Positions 1 through 9,988 of a stretch of DNA of 64,000 nt are shown piece by piece (position 1 is the stretch's first letter; every line of letters begins with the position of its first letter). The position numbers and the translations under genes were made by a program. Source of the stretch: a virus. Below the pieces are notes generated by a model. It had not been told where the DNA came from. It saw only the letters and a program-made list of their open reading frames with translations, and did not search any database. Where the stretch lies: the IMG/VR virus record IMGVR_UViG_3300045988_129927. The stretch is one strand, 5' to 3'.

Positions 1-7
1 ATTTGCC

Positions 8-928
8 ATGCCTAAAAATATACCAGATAAATTCGTATCTGCCTATGTTTATAATAACGATAAGGCATGGTATCATGCAAATGCATTAGGTTTATCTTCA
101 GACCGAAGTATTGGTAAATTACACTATGGTAACTTCTACGGTCCCACTACTACAGAAATCATTACACAAGTAGATAACTATTGGGATTGGGAATATGTAA
201 AAGAAAACTGGCAAGACTTAGTGCCTGTTACTGTTTTACGTCATGACCAAAACCATATCAGTTATAACTTAATGACCAGTAAAAACTATGTAGATAGACC
301 TGGATTTGCTATTATTCAAATTGACATCAATTTATTGCATTTACAGTATGCTGCGTGGTTAAGACACCATAGAGAAATAAAGTTGGTTAATCCTGACCAT
401 AAATTACCTAATACAGGATATTTCTTAGGAATGTGTGTTTTACCTAATATGTTACCTAGCCACATTAACCAAGTAATTATCAATAAGAATATCTTATTGA
501 CAGATGACTCTATGGCTAAGACTATTGATTATGCTGGTACTTCTTTTTACATAAACAATAATAGTAAAGAGTTAGATAAAGATATTGAAGATATTTGGAT
601 AATGGCTAGAAAGGGTAACTACCCTATTGAGAAGATAGCTGCTAATATTCATGGTGTAGGTGATATAAGGGCATTAGAGTTTATGGATACACCTAAGATA
701 TTGTTAACCAGACAAAATAAATGGATATATGTATTGGCTATGAGTAGGTTCTTAAAGCATTGTCTATTAACACCTGCTATTACTGATAAAAACGTTAATA
801 GTGGTTATTTAACACGCTTAAGACAGGAATTGATTTCTCTTAATGGTGGGCGTGTATTTAAGGACAGTAGGATTTCTGATTTACATGATTTATATGTTGA
901 AGAAATTGAATGGTTATTTAAACTATAA
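8..928 (+). CDS. hypothetical protein (start may lie upstream of window)
   Basis: 306-codon ORF from the track. The frame stays open to nt 2, so the true start may be outside the window. It ends just before a convergent hairpin at 952-981. No motif recognised. Confidence 0.6.
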   Translation: MPKNIPDKFVSAYVYNNDKAWYHANALGLSSDRSIGKLHYGNFYGPTTTEIITQVDNYWDWEYVKENWQDLVPVTVLRHDQNHISYNLMTSKNYVDRPGFAIIQIDINLLHLQYAAWLRHHREIKLVNPDHKLPNTGYFLGMCVLPNMLPSHINQVIINKNILLTDDSMAKTIDYAGTSFYINNNSKELDKDIEDIWIMARKGNYPIEKIAANIHGVGDIRALEFMDTPKILLTRQNKWIYVLAMSRFLKHCLLTPAITDKNVNSGYLTRLRQELISLNGGRVFKDSRISDLHDLYVEEIEWLFKL

Positions 929-951
929 AAAATAAGATATAGATAAGTATA

Positions 952-981
952 CTCTACTCTACCTTAATAGGTAGAGTAGAG
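952..981. terminator. bidirectional hairpin between convergent genes
   Basis: Perfect 12-bp stem CTCTACTCTACC/GGTAGAGTAGAG with a 6-nt loop, between 8..928(+) and 988..1377(-). Confidence 0.6.
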
Positions 982-987
982 ATATAT

Positions 988-1377
988 TTACTTACTTTCT
1001 TTAAGTTTGTAATCTTTATCGATTGAATGAATGGCTTTATTAACAGTATCAGAATCAAGAGCATGACCTACAGCTTCTGAAGCAACCATAGCGTACATGG
1101 TTTCTTTATTTGGAATAACGATATTGAGAAGAATAGTGAATACTACAAATCCACCTAATACACCCCAAAATTTCTTATTTAGGTTTTTCCAAAACTCATT
1201 GATTTCTTCTTTATTAAGATATTCGTTTTCTTTAACGTATCCATCTTTATCGATGTAAATAAAGTATAATACCTTAACAGCAAATGCTATAGCAATAGCT
1301 ACAGTAATACCACCAAATACTTCACGTATTCTATTTACTACATAGACAATATAAATCCATAAAGTCAAATCATTCAT
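988..1377 (-). CDS. small membrane protein, tandem paralog 1
   Basis: 129 aa with two hydrophobic segments (ITVAIAIAFAVKVLYFIYI, WGVLGGFVVFTILLNIVI). Shares the block NIV[IV]P[NS]K[EQ]T[MI]Y with the adjacent ORF and overlaps it by 8 nt. Confidence 0.7.
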   Translation of the reverse strand: MNDLTLWIYIVYVVNRIREVFGGITVAIAIAFAVKVLYFIYIDKDGYVKENEYLNKEEINEFWKNLNKKFWGVLGGFVVFTILLNIVIPNKETMYAMVASEAVGHALDSDTVNKAIHSIDKDYKLKESK

Positions 1378-1720
1378 TTTTGGTTTCCTTTTTAATATCT
1401 TTTAACTCTTTATCAATCTTCAATTCTAGAAGTTCGATGGTTTTTTGAGCAATAGGTTGGTCTAAGATAACATCAGTGGTTTTAACACCTAACATGATAT
1501 AAATCGTTTGTTTACTAGGTACAACGATATTAATAATAACAGAAACTACCAATACGATACTAGCTGTTATAAATTGCCATCTAGGTGCATGTATGTTATC
1601 TGTCTTCAAACCTATTAATAGCCACAGAATAAGTGTAGATACACATATCAATACAAAAGCGGTAACTTTTATTGTACCTACGATATCTGCTAGGTATACA
1701 CCCCAGAATATACTATTCAT
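1370..1720 (-). CDS. small membrane protein, tandem paralog 2
   Basis: 116 aa with hydrophobic segments (VTAFVLICVSTLILWLLIGL, FITASIVLVVSVIINIVV). Same NIVVPSKQTIY block as 988..1377. GGAAA RBS. Confidence 0.7.
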   Translation of the reverse strand: MNSIFWGVYLADIVGTIKVTAFVLICVSTLILWLLIGLKTDNIHAPRWQFITASIVLVVSVIINIVVPSKQTIYIMLGVKTTDVILDQPIAQKTIELLELKIDKELKDIKKETKNE

Positions 1721-1732
1721 TTTGATTTCCTA

Positions 1733-3919
1733 TTAATAATAATCAGAAATTAGTTTAGTTACATTCTTATCCAAGAAGAACATACCTACTGCTTCTAATG
1801 CGATATAGTAAGGGCTACAAATATTTGCTACCAATTCTCGCTTAGCTACATAAGGGATAATCTCTTTTGGAATAGACTTACCTACGAATACTTCATACGG
1901 GATATTGATGGTACCTAATACATCTTTACCACGTCTTTGCATATTCTTCCTAATCTTATCTGCTAATTCTTGATTTTCAAATGAGTCTAAGAACTCTTTC
2001 ATTTTAGTCTTATTGTTAATACTTAGTTTTACATCAAATGCACTATAAGGTGGAGGTGCTGTAAAACCGTAATAATGACCAAATGTTTCATTCCAGAAGG
2101 TATAGTGAGCATAAGGTGAATTCTCACCATCATTCTTATACGCTTCCTCGTCTTTAATCTGTTTAGACCGATAATATTCTACATCACCTTGGTCTACAAT
2201 TCTGAAAATCTTTCTTTCTTCATCAGCAATTTCTTTAAGAATGCTGGTTAATTTAATAGAATAATTGTCTAGCTTTCTTTCTGCTCTCTCTTTAATACTA
2301 TAAAGACGAAGCATAATATCTTCAGCATGGTTAATAATTTCTTGAGGTGAGTTAGAGTTCTTTAAGTGAACACCTTTCTTCTCAATAGAAATCTTACTAT
2401 ATACGTTGCCTTCTTGATAGTTAATCGAAGCAATATAGTGTTTGGTTTTACCCATGGAAGCGAATGTATCAAAACTAAACTCATTCTTCATGGAGATTAA
2501 AGACCATTTCTTCTTAGAGACACCTAAGTTAAAAGACATAATAGCCAAATGATGTTTTAAAGTAGCATCTACTAAACCTACAATATTTGCAAATACAGGG
2601 AAACGCAAGGTTTCGTCATTGGTTTCATCTACAATCCAGTTTGTCCAACCTTGTGTGGTAAACATAGAGGAATCTGTATCTGACATCAATACTACTTTCC
2701 TTAAGCTATTTGGGAACATAGCAAGAGATGGTGGGATATGATTACTTCTTAAGAATGTCGTAATATAATCACTGTATAATTCAAAAGTTTGGTAGATATT
2801 AACAATACAGCTACTGATTTTTAAAATAGTATCTGTATCTACGTATTGGTCTTCTTTCAAACCTTTTACTAAATCAGCATTAATCTGGATACCAATATTA
2901 CGAATAGATTCTTTTGCTTTACTGAAGATGGTTTTAGCATCAGCAATAGTCATGTCAGAATCAGGTACTTTATTGGTCGCTAAACGAATAATAAACTTTT
3001 TCATGAATTCTGGATTATACTTACGCATTAAATACATGTCGTAAGTAAATGCAATAGAAGCTCTTTGTTCTCGATTACATTTCTTTAAGAATTCTAAAAT
3101 TATTTGTTCTTTTTCAGACCATCTCCAATATAGACGTGTAGAGTTTAATATGTCTTCAAATAACTCTTCAGCTGTAGGGACATAAAGGTTATTATCATTA
3201 AGAAACTTCTCAATCTTATCTTCATCAATTCGATAAGTTAGTACACAAAGGTTATTAATGGTAATGTCTGGATTATGATAATGGCGATTACCACCCAATA
3301 GCTTCTCATTATTGGCATTAGCGTAACCTGAAGTCATCCGACAAGTAGAAGTAAGGATAGGGTGCATAGAGGCCATGTAGATAGGCGTAGAAACGATAGA
3401 AGAAGCACCAGAGATGGAGTTAATAGAACGTTTAATATTGTTCTGCCCGTTATTAGCAAATGCTTCACCTACTTTATCACCTTCTTGTTTCTTTTGAAAC
3501 TGGAGTTTCTTTAATTTTTTACGCTTAGGGATTTGGTGGTCTACATATTCCGAAATATAAGATAATTTTTTATCTTGACTAACAAATGTCGTAAATGTCG
3601 CTGTTAATACTTCATTCTCTTTTAAAGTAGAGTTAATATAAGTTAATAAACTAGTTCTGTCTTTAACTCGGTCACCATATTCATCTTTACGAACATAAGT
3701 TACCATTGGGTTTCTAATAGGATATTTACCTTCTTTACCAATGGTTTTCTTAACAAATGTTTCTGCTTCTTCTATAGAGATATCTTCCATGATGTGTAAG
3801 AATTGAACTTGTTGCTCGATATACTGACCAATTGGGTCAATATCTCGTTTATATTCATCTACTGGAAGAATGAATAAATCTCTATCAAAATCTATATTTA
3901 TTCTATCTAGATAAGACAT
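1733..3919 (-). CDS. DNA polymerase, family-B-like catalytic protein (tentative)
   Basis: 728 aa with an AGGAG RBS. Ordered motifs are K163-RSI-NS-I-SG (cf. KxxxNSxYG), VLMS-DTDS (cf. YGDTDS) and GKTKHY (cf. KKRY). No ExoI-III motifs were seen and the motif spacing is atypical. Confidence 0.5.
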   Translation of the reverse strand: MSYLDRINIDFDRDLFILPVDEYKRDIDPIGQYIEQQVQFLHIMEDISIEEAETFVKKTIGKEGKYPIRNPMVTYVRKDEYGDRVKDRTSLLTYINSTLKENEVLTATFTTFVSQDKKLSYISEYVDHQIPKRKKLKKLQFQKKQEGDKVGEAFANNGQNNIKRSINSISGASSIVSTPIYMASMHPILTSTCRMTSGYANANNEKLLGGNRHYHNPDITINNLCVLTYRIDEDKIEKFLNDNNLYVPTAEELFEDILNSTRLYWRWSEKEQIILEFLKKCNREQRASIAFTYDMYLMRKYNPEFMKKFIIRLATNKVPDSDMTIADAKTIFSKAKESIRNIGIQINADLVKGLKEDQYVDTDTILKISSCIVNIYQTFELYSDYITTFLRSNHIPPSLAMFPNSLRKVVLMSDTDSSMFTTQGWTNWIVDETNDETLRFPVFANIVGLVDATLKHHLAIMSFNLGVSKKKWSLISMKNEFSFDTFASMGKTKHYIASINYQEGNVYSKISIEKKGVHLKNSNSPQEIINHAEDIMLRLYSIKERAERKLDNYSIKLTSILKEIADEERKIFRIVDQGDVEYYRSKQIKDEEAYKNDGENSPYAHYTFWNETFGHYYGFTAPPPYSAFDVKLSINNKTKMKEFLDSFENQELADKIRKNMQRRGKDVLGTINIPYEVFVGKSIPKEIIPYVAKRELVANICSPYYIALEAVGMFFLDKNVTKLISDYY

Positions 3920-3979
3920 AGTTAGAACTCCTGTTAATATTAATCACTATCAAAAAAGATAAGATACCAATAATATTTA

Positions 3980-4009
3980 CTATACACCAACCATAAGGTC
4001 GGCGTATAG
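3980..4009 (-). terminator. hairpin terminator of 4024..4389
   Basis: The minus-strand RNA folds CUAUACGCCGACC-UUAU-GGUUGGUGUAUAG (13 bp). Two of the pairs are G-U, which would be A-C mismatches on the plus strand. Lies 14 nt after the stop codon. Confidence 0.65.
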
Positions 4010-4023
4010 TAAGTTAGTTTAAA

Positions 4024-4389
4024 TTAAACTTCAGTGGCACTACCTGAGCGAGCATTACGGCGAGATTCCTCACCAGTTACAGCATCACCGGCACCTGCGC
4101 GACCTGCTTCGGCATTTACTGGAGGTACGAAGTTAGCGCGGTTGGTAGCTGCATCACTACCAGTTTCTTCTTTACCAGCTTTACCATCAGCTTTTTCTTC
4201 TTTAGCTGGTGGTAATTCACCACGATACATTGCTTTACGGTTTTTCACCAATTGGTCATTGTGTTCGTCTTTAGGCAAAGTCTCATCATTGTAAACAACT
4301 TTCAGACCAGCAATCAAAGTAGAATCAGATTCCAAAGGTTTCTCAGTAGGTTCTAGCTCAATAGGGAGCTTAGGGAATTTTTTAGACAT
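4024..4389 (-). CDS. low-complexity Ala/Gly/Glu/Lys-rich protein
   Basis: 121 aa with an AAAGGA RBS and no hydrophobic core. Visibly G+C-richer than its flanks, which produces the 86-aa antisense ORF 4034..4294. Confidence 0.7.
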   Translation of the reverse strand: MSKKFPKLPIELEPTEKPLESDSTLIAGLKVVYNDETLPKDEHNDQLVKNRKAMYRGELPPAKEEKADGKAGKEETGSDAATNRANFVPPVNAEAGRAGAGDAVTGEESRRNARSGSATEV

Positions 4390-4443
4390 TATAATATCCT
4401 TTTTTCAATTTAAAGATTAACATTAATCGAGTATCCATCGACC

Positions 4444-4498
4444 TCATAAAAACATAATAAACTATTTCCCTCTAGAGTAGGATATCCTACTCTAGAGG
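4444..4498 (-). promoter_or_regulatory. hairpin + TTATGTT box module upstream of 4389
   Basis: Perfect palindrome CCTCTAGAGTAGGATATCCTACTCTAGAGG (4468-4498), followed on the minus strand by GAAATAGTTTATTATGTTTTTATG. The same module recurs at 28660, 30076, 35393, 35758, 40749, 59572, 62641 and 19391(-). Confidence 0.45.
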
Positions 4499-4499
4499 T

Positions 4500-4890
4500 A
4501 CTATAGCTTTTCTTTTCATCAACTTCTCTTAAAAGGAAACCAAAACGATTCAGTGATTACCGTCCCTGTTTAATACACTGATTGAGGTGGTCGTTAGGTC
4601 ATTATCCACCTATGGAAATTTTCGGTACTTGTATTCGCTTCCATGTGTAGCCTAATTCCAGCGGAGAGTGAACGAGGAGTGGCCGGATGTGACTAGTTAT
4701 AGAATTTCTATCTATCGTAAAACTTTGTTTAGAAGTGTACCGAGGGATTACCCTTACAATAGATATTCAGCCTTATTGTTTCTTCAACTATCAAAGGCAA
4801 ACGAATAAAATCAACTTTAAATAAACAAACTAGGAAAATACGAACGAAGCAATTAGTCTTAAAAATCACTTTATTCATATATAGTGTAAA
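4500..4890 (-). ncRNA. candidate structured noncoding RNA / long 3' UTR
   Basis: About 390 nt with no ORF, between the stop of 4891..5334 and the hairpin at 4468-4498. Has locally G+C-rich blocks (CACATCCGGCCACTCCTCGTTCACTCTCCGCTGG; CCATAGGTGGATAATGACCTAACGACCACC). Strand is assumed from the flanking genes. Confidence 0.3.
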
Positions 4891-5334
4891 TTAACGTTCT
4901 GATAATACGATTGAAATATCAGTATATCCTTGCATGGTTAATGCCTTACGAATAATTTCAACGTCATTATTAGACACACCATTAATAGTCACTGTAATCT
5001 TATTAGGAGACGTTTCTTGAATAGTAGAACGATTAATCCAATCCATTGCATAGATTGTTTCTTTACCGTCTACACTCACTAGCTTGACATAAGTCATGTC
5101 AAATGGATTATTATTATAACCTGGTGGTAGGTGTGGTTTCATTCTTTCATGGAATGACTTAATGTCTAGACCTGAAGAAATGGCTGTTTGTGCATTCATT
5201 ACTGCTAGACACTCTACGTTAATTAAGCGAGTACCTAGTACTTCTGGTGAATAGGTATCAAATGAATAGACTTTACCTACTTCTAGTTGTCGAATAGTCT
5301 TAGTTGTATTTGTCGGATTTGCTGTATTTGTCAT
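4891..5334 (-). CDS. hypothetical protein
   Basis: 147-aa ORF in a co-directional block, starting 5 nt after the upstream stop. Confidence 0.7.
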   Translation of the reverse strand: MTNTANPTNTTKTIRQLEVGKVYSFDTYSPEVLGTRLINVECLAVMNAQTAISSGLDIKSFHERMKPHLPPGYNNNPFDMTYVKLVSVDGKETIYAMDWINRSTIQETSPNKITVTINGVSNNDVEIIRKALTMQGYTDISIVLSER

Positions 5335-5338
5335 GATT

Positions 5339-5860
5339 TTATATCCATGGGTTATATTTAATTAAAGTAATTGAAAATTGATCCCAGTTACGAATGCGAT
5401 AACACATTATTAACTGGCCATTAATTTCAATATAGAGCTTTTCATTAATAATGGTGTTAATAATGGTAATAAAAATATTGACACTGATTTCTTTCAATGT
5501 TTCTACTTCACCGCTGTTTTTACTAAATTCAAACATTTTATCGTAAGGTGCTTCGTATATAGTACGATAGATGTTTTCTTTATTGTAGAAATATTGAAAA
5601 GGGAAGCTATTAAGTAGAGTATTAAAATACATCATGTAATCAAAAAACTCTTGAACATTAAATCTGATTTGCTGATTTATCATTCTAAAGCATTTTAAAA
5701 TAGCATTCCCATCAGTTAGGATAAACTCATCTGGTAAATTAATAAATCTATCTACTATTTCACTTTCGAGTTTTTGGTTCCTTTTTTCAATTTCATTATT
5801 AATTAAATTGCCAAGATTATTACTTCTAAAGTGATTGATGTCGTAGGTTCGATTACTCAT
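5339..5860 (-). CDS. hypothetical protein
   Basis: 173-aa ORF with an 8-nt overlap with the upstream gene, suggesting translational coupling. Confidence 0.7.
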   Translation of the reverse strand: MSNRTYDINHFRSNNLGNLINNEIEKRNQKLESEIVDRFINLPDEFILTDGNAILKCFRMINQQIRFNVQEFFDYMMYFNTLLNSFPFQYFYNKENIYRTIYEAPYDKMFEFSKNSGEVETLKEISVNIFITIINTIINEKLYIEINGQLIMCYRIRNWDQFSITLIKYNPWI

Positions 5861-6263
5861 GGATTATCTCTAGTATAGTTAAGTCAAACACTGATACGAC
5901 TTTATTATCTTCTAGATAACTGCTTCGATAATGACTCTTTTCTAAATACTCAAATAAACAACTAACAATATCTATTAAACAAGATTTTATTCGTAGGTAA
6001 GCAGATGATACTATTGGTGTGTTTTGATAAAGAGGTAAACTTACTGAGAATGCTTCTGTAAACAAAATAACTTCAGCGATTTCTGCAGCGATTTGTTTAA
6101 TATCTAAATCTTCATGTAATTTAGAAATTGCTTGGCGTATGATGAAATCAATAACTGCCAGTTTGTTAATAGATTCCTGTACAATGTTTTCAATAATATT
6201 GCACACTGTATCTAGACTATCTGGAATTTCTACTTTATTGATTTTAAAACTTCCTAATGACAT
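5853..6263 (-). CDS. hypothetical protein
   Basis: 136-aa ORF. AAGAGGTAAACCATT precedes the ATG. Confidence 0.7.
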   Translation of the reverse strand: MSLGSFKINKVEIPDSLDTVCNIIENIVQESINKLAVIDFIIRQAISKLHEDLDIKQIAAEIAEVILFTEAFSVSLPLYQNTPIVSSAYLRIKSCLIDIVSCLFEYLEKSHYRSSYLEDNKVVSVFDLTILEIIHE

Positions 6264-6301
6264 AATGGTTTACCTCTTATAATGAATAAAAGTTAAGTTG
6301 G

Positions 6302-6739
6302 TTAAGTGGTGTTCAAGTAACTGATTCGCATAGTCGGGATTAAATCTTTCTCATTTGACGAAATAGAAGCAAAGAACTTTGTCTTATCGTCAAAAATTAC
6401 TTGGTTAAAAATAGGTGTAGTTACGCCAATTAAAATATCTACAGCCGTATCGATTTCAGATAGTGAGAGACCCATATTGACTAACACATCTGCAAAGTCA
6501 GTATAAGCATTACTATCTTTATCTAAAAAAACTTCATCGAATAATCTAGGTACAAACTCTCTAATTAAACTATCTAAAGATTCGTACCCTAATTCTCTTA
6601 AAAAAAAAGAACCTTGCTTAAGTTCTCTATTAGAAAGAGAACGGTGTAAGTGTAAGTATAAGTCCATTACAGAGACGTCTACTACACCTACTACCGTATT
6701 CTTTTCAAATGAATCCAGATAAGGGATATCGGTTTTCAT
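6302..6739 (-). CDS. hypothetical acidic protein
   Basis: 145-aa ORF with a GAGAAGGAA RBS directly upstream. Confidence 0.7.
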   Translation of the reverse strand: MKTDIPYLDSFEKNTVVGVVDVSVMDLYLHLHRSLSNRELKQGSFFLRELGYESLDSLIREFVPRLFDEVFLDKDSNAYTDFADVLVNMGLSLSEIDTAVDILIGVTTPIFNQVIFDDKTKFFASISSNEKDLIPTMRISYLNTT

Positions 6740-6760
6740 TTCCTTCTCGTTTTGAAATAG

Positions 6761-7681
6761 TTACATTAAAGTTAAAAGTAAGCTCTCGTATTTAACTAAG
6801 CATTCTTTCTTTGTCATCTCTAAATAACTATCCAAAATATTTAAAGTAATCGGTTGTGGCATGGCTGAAATCATACTAGTATTAGAAGCATTAAATGAAT
6901 CATCTTGACCGACGCTAGTCGCTCTGTCTACATTCATCATCTTCATGAGTTCCCATTCCACAATACGGAAGTCACCGTAATTAATTACCAAAAGATACCC
7001 ACGATAGTGCATACACTGACACAATAAACGTGGTGTCTTATCTTTAAGAATGGCGACGAAATCATTAATATCATCAATAATTTCCATAAGTAATCTATAT
7101 ACAGGATGTGTATTTAAACCAACTGGAATATTTAGACTAGAAATGATTTCTTTGACTTTAGAGAATTCAGCCATTACGGGTTGGAAATATTCTCGAATAA
7201 TGTCTGTAATTAAACGATACTTGTTTGTCCCACCGTATTGTTCTGGTAGATGAGATGTTGTAACATGTTGACAAATCTTATTGATAATAGAAATACTACA
7301 ATACCGATGGTTTGTAGCAATCGTAATATTACGGTTGTCTTTTTTACGATGAATCAACTTATCTTTAATTCTACCATCAGTCAATTGGTAGACATTATTA
7401 CGATAGAATTGATTAATCATTTGTTCATTTTGTTCAAAGACAACGACTTCATTATCTGATTCTAAATAATAAGATTTGCCTTCTTCTATTAGTTTCTCAC
7501 CTGTAATAGGATTATAGAAACCATATCCACCATATGCTGTTCCACTGTGGATTTCATTACCATGATTAATCAGTAAAATATCCAATGCATCTAGGATATG
7601 GGAAATATTGTGTACTGAAACAGTAGGACTAACATCAATGTAATGCCCATTTTCTTCCAGTAATTGTTTTTCAAAATCCAT
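6761..7681 (-). CDS. hypothetical protein
   Basis: 306-aa ORF. The antisense ORFs 7050..7253 and 7250..7459 are AT-rich artefacts. Confidence 0.75.
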   Translation of the reverse strand: MDFEKQLLEENGHYIDVSPTVSVHNISHILDALDILLINHGNEIHSGTAYGGYGFYNPITGEKLIEEGKSYYLESDNEVVVFEQNEQMINQFYRNNVYQLTDGRIKDKLIHRKKDNRNITIATNHRYCSISIINKICQHVTTSHLPEQYGGTNKYRLITDIIREYFQPVMAEFSKVKEIISSLNIPVGLNTHPVYRLLMEIIDDINDFVAILKDKTPRLLCQCMHYRGYLLVINYGDFRIVEWELMKMMNVDRATSVGQDDSFNASNTSMISAMPQPITLNILDSYLEMTKKECLVKYESLLLTLM

Positions 7682-7692
7682 TGTTCTCTCGC

Positions 7693-8370
7693 TTAGTGAG
7701 CAAATATAATACTAAGATAGATTGGGTCTATCACGAAGGTAATAGGAATAACCAATCCGTTTTTATCGATGTTTCTTTCATCTAAGAAATACGTAGATGT
7801 ATCAGACATTTCATAAGCATCATTCAGTGCTTTAATGGTTTCTGGAAATACTTCTTCCAGAGTATTGGTGAGTGCCAATTCTTCTAAACCACCTAATGTA
7901 ACTTTATAGCTGATTTCATCTTTTTCATCTTCTTGATAATGCTTAATCTCATCCATTAGTTTATTGGCATTAAGTGGATATCGACCTAAGTTATTAAATA
8001 CCCACATTTGGCGGTATTTAGTTAACCAATAACCAACAATCATTTCCAAAACTTTAAGATAATTCCACCGACTAAGGTAGATATCTAGTTTCAATAATTC
8101 TTCATGGTAAACATGATTAATACCCAGATTAGTAAACCAATTAACAGAAGTTAGTTTATATTGGTGGTCTTTAATATTAGAAGCAATAGCAGCAATAACT
8201 TCATTCTTTCTTGCTTCTTTAGGTTCAGTATTAAGTCCTGCTTTTTTCAAATCTTCTTCAAATCCTTCTGGATAATCTAATAGTACAGTAGCATATTGCA
8301 TAATACGTTTGACTTCTTCCAATGGATTTGGCCATTTAATAATTTCTTGGGAGGGTAAAATATCGGACAT
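7693..8370 (-). CDS. hypothetical protein
   Basis: 225-aa ORF with the consensus initiation region TATAAAAAGGAAATAGA-ATG. First gene of the minus block, lying on a divergent spacer. Confidence 0.75.
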   Translation of the reverse strand: MSDILPSQEIIKWPNPLEEVKRIMQYATVLLDYPEGFEEDLKKAGLNTEPKEARKNEVIAAIASNIKDHQYKLTSVNWFTNLGINHVYHEELLKLDIYLSRWNYLKVLEMIVGYWLTKYRQMWVFNNLGRYPLNANKLMDEIKHYQEDEKDEISYKVTLGGLEELALTNTLEEVFPETIKALNDAYEMSDTSTYFLDERNIDKNGLVIPITFVIDPIYLSIIFAH

Positions 8371-8518
8371 TCTATTTCCTTTTTATAAATAATTACTCTT
8401 CATAATTTTCTTTTCCCGTAAATATTTCTACGAAAAAACCGTCTTCAAGTTAATAATATATACGAGAATAAAAATAGAGTAACGTATGAATATTACACAG
8501 TTTTATAAGGAGTTTGTG

Positions 8519-9334
8519 ATGAGTATGTTATCACTTTCAATTAACAATATCTATAATGAAATACCTGATGAGATTATCGAAGAGGCATTTGTTATTCCTT
8601 TTCGTAAAAATAGATTTGCACCTGTTAGTGCAGATGCAATGATTATACAGGAAGTTATCAATAAACGAGTTATGCCTGACTTGAATATTGAGTATGCTAC
8701 CAAACTTAATGTCCCTATGCGTGACTGTAAAGTAGAAATGGTCACACCTACAGACTGGATTGTTACTGTTCCTGATGAAGTAACCAATAATCGAAAAATC
8801 ATTACTGTTTTGGGTGTTAACCTATTAGACTTATATGCAGAAACAGGCGGTATTGGTACAGGTGGTTTAAGTATGCCTACTTCTAGTGGTGGTGCTATCT
8901 TAACAGGTGCACAAAAGATGGCAAACAATACTGCTGGTATACCTCTGAACTACGAAGTTAAAGTAGACATGATTTCAGGTAACTCTTTTAGAATCAGACG
9001 TACCAGTTATATTACTACAAACTGTTATATTGAGTTAATTATTGAAAATGACCCTCAGTTAAATAATATTCCTATTACTGCTGCTGACTATATTAAGAAA
9101 TTAGTATTGTTAGCTACTAAGGCTTATATTTACCGTAAGTTAAAAATCAGAATTGGTCAAGCTAAACTAGACGGTGGTGCAGAACTGGGTGAATTTATGC
9201 AATTTATTGATAGCTATGCTGACGCTAATGAATTGTATTTGGAAGAATTAAAATATGCTTCTCGTATCCAGTGGTTGGGTAATGAGGAAATGAAATATGA
9301 CTTCATGCAAATGTTAGTCCCTAATAATATTTAA
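8519..9334 (+). CDS. hypothetical protein (possible virion protein, Gly-rich internal segment)
   Basis: The in-frame ATG at 8519 has TAAGGAG 7 nt upstream, whereas the track start 8486 has no RBS. Contains ETGGIGTGGLSMPTSSGG. Confidence 0.7.
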   Translation: MSMLSLSINNIYNEIPDEIIEEAFVIPFRKNRFAPVSADAMIIQEVINKRVMPDLNIEYATKLNVPMRDCKVEMVTPTDWIVTVPDEVTNNRKIITVLGVNLLDLYAETGGIGTGGLSMPTSSGGAILTGAQKMANNTAGIPLNYEVKVDMISGNSFRIRRTSYITTNCYIELIIENDPQLNNIPITAADYIKKLVLLATKAYIYRKLKIRIGQAKLDGGAELGEFMQFIDSYADANELYLEELKYASRIQWLGNEEMKYDFMQMLVPNNI

Positions 9335-9346
9335 AAGGAATTTGAA

Positions 9347-9943
9347 ATGTCCATTCATGTATTTGGTAAAATGAAATATATCGGTGATTTGAGTTTAGAA
9401 AGCATTAACTCCGATATTGAAAAAAATAATTACGATGTACCTGTCTACGGTGATTTTGCAACATCTGTGGCTAAGAAGCTAAATGACATGTATGCAAAAG
9501 ACGGTAAAGAGGAAATGGTAGAATCATTAGGTCGTGATTTAGATGGTAGTTCTGCTGATTTTAACTATAAACTAGGTCGCAATGATGTAGTTACTGGTAT
9601 TGCTGATACACCTGCTTTTGTACAAGATACGCATTTGTCTGTTGAGAGTGTCAATCCAATGGGTATCGGTATTTACAACATTATCCACGAAGTAGCTGGT
9701 TTAGCTAAAGGCGTACCACATCCTGTTATCTTTACCATGGAACACCATTTGGTAAAAGATGAAGATATAGAATTAATTAAAGACTTGATTGTACGTGGTA
9801 ATAAACATGTTATTTTGATTCTGTTTATTCATGGTAATCTTGGTGTAGACCAAGTGAAGATTAATGCACCTGCTCTTTACGAACTTATGGAATCTACCAA
9901 CCATCTAACTGTATTCTTAACTTACAAAGTAGATAAAAAATAA
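9347..9943 (+). CDS. hypothetical protein
   Basis: 198-aa ORF, 12 nt after the previous stop, with an AAAGGAA RBS. Confidence 0.75.
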   Translation: MSIHVFGKMKYIGDLSLESINSDIEKNNYDVPVYGDFATSVAKKLNDMYAKDGKEEMVESLGRDLDGSSADFNYKLGRNDVVTGIADTPAFVQDTHLSVESVNPMGIGIYNIIHEVAGLAKGVPHPVIFTMEHHLVKDEDIELIKDLIVRGNKHVILILFIHGNLGVDQVKINAPALYELMESTNHLTVFLTYKVDKK

Positions 9944-9960
9944 AAGATTAAAAGATAGCT

Positions 9961-9988
9961 ATAGTAGAGAGGATATCCTCTCTACTAT
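9961..9988. terminator. bidirectional hairpin between convergent genes
   Basis: ATAGTAGAGAGG-ATAT-CCTCTCTACTAT, a perfect 12-bp stem. Confidence 0.6.

Noticed and set aside
4500-4890. A fourth group I intron, suggested by the AATGACCTAACGACC and TATAACTAGTC similarity.
   Set aside because: There is no U-G P1 pairing at the upstream gene end. Stop codons block any downstream exon continuous with 4024..4389. The spacing of the two blocks is about double that in the genuine introns.
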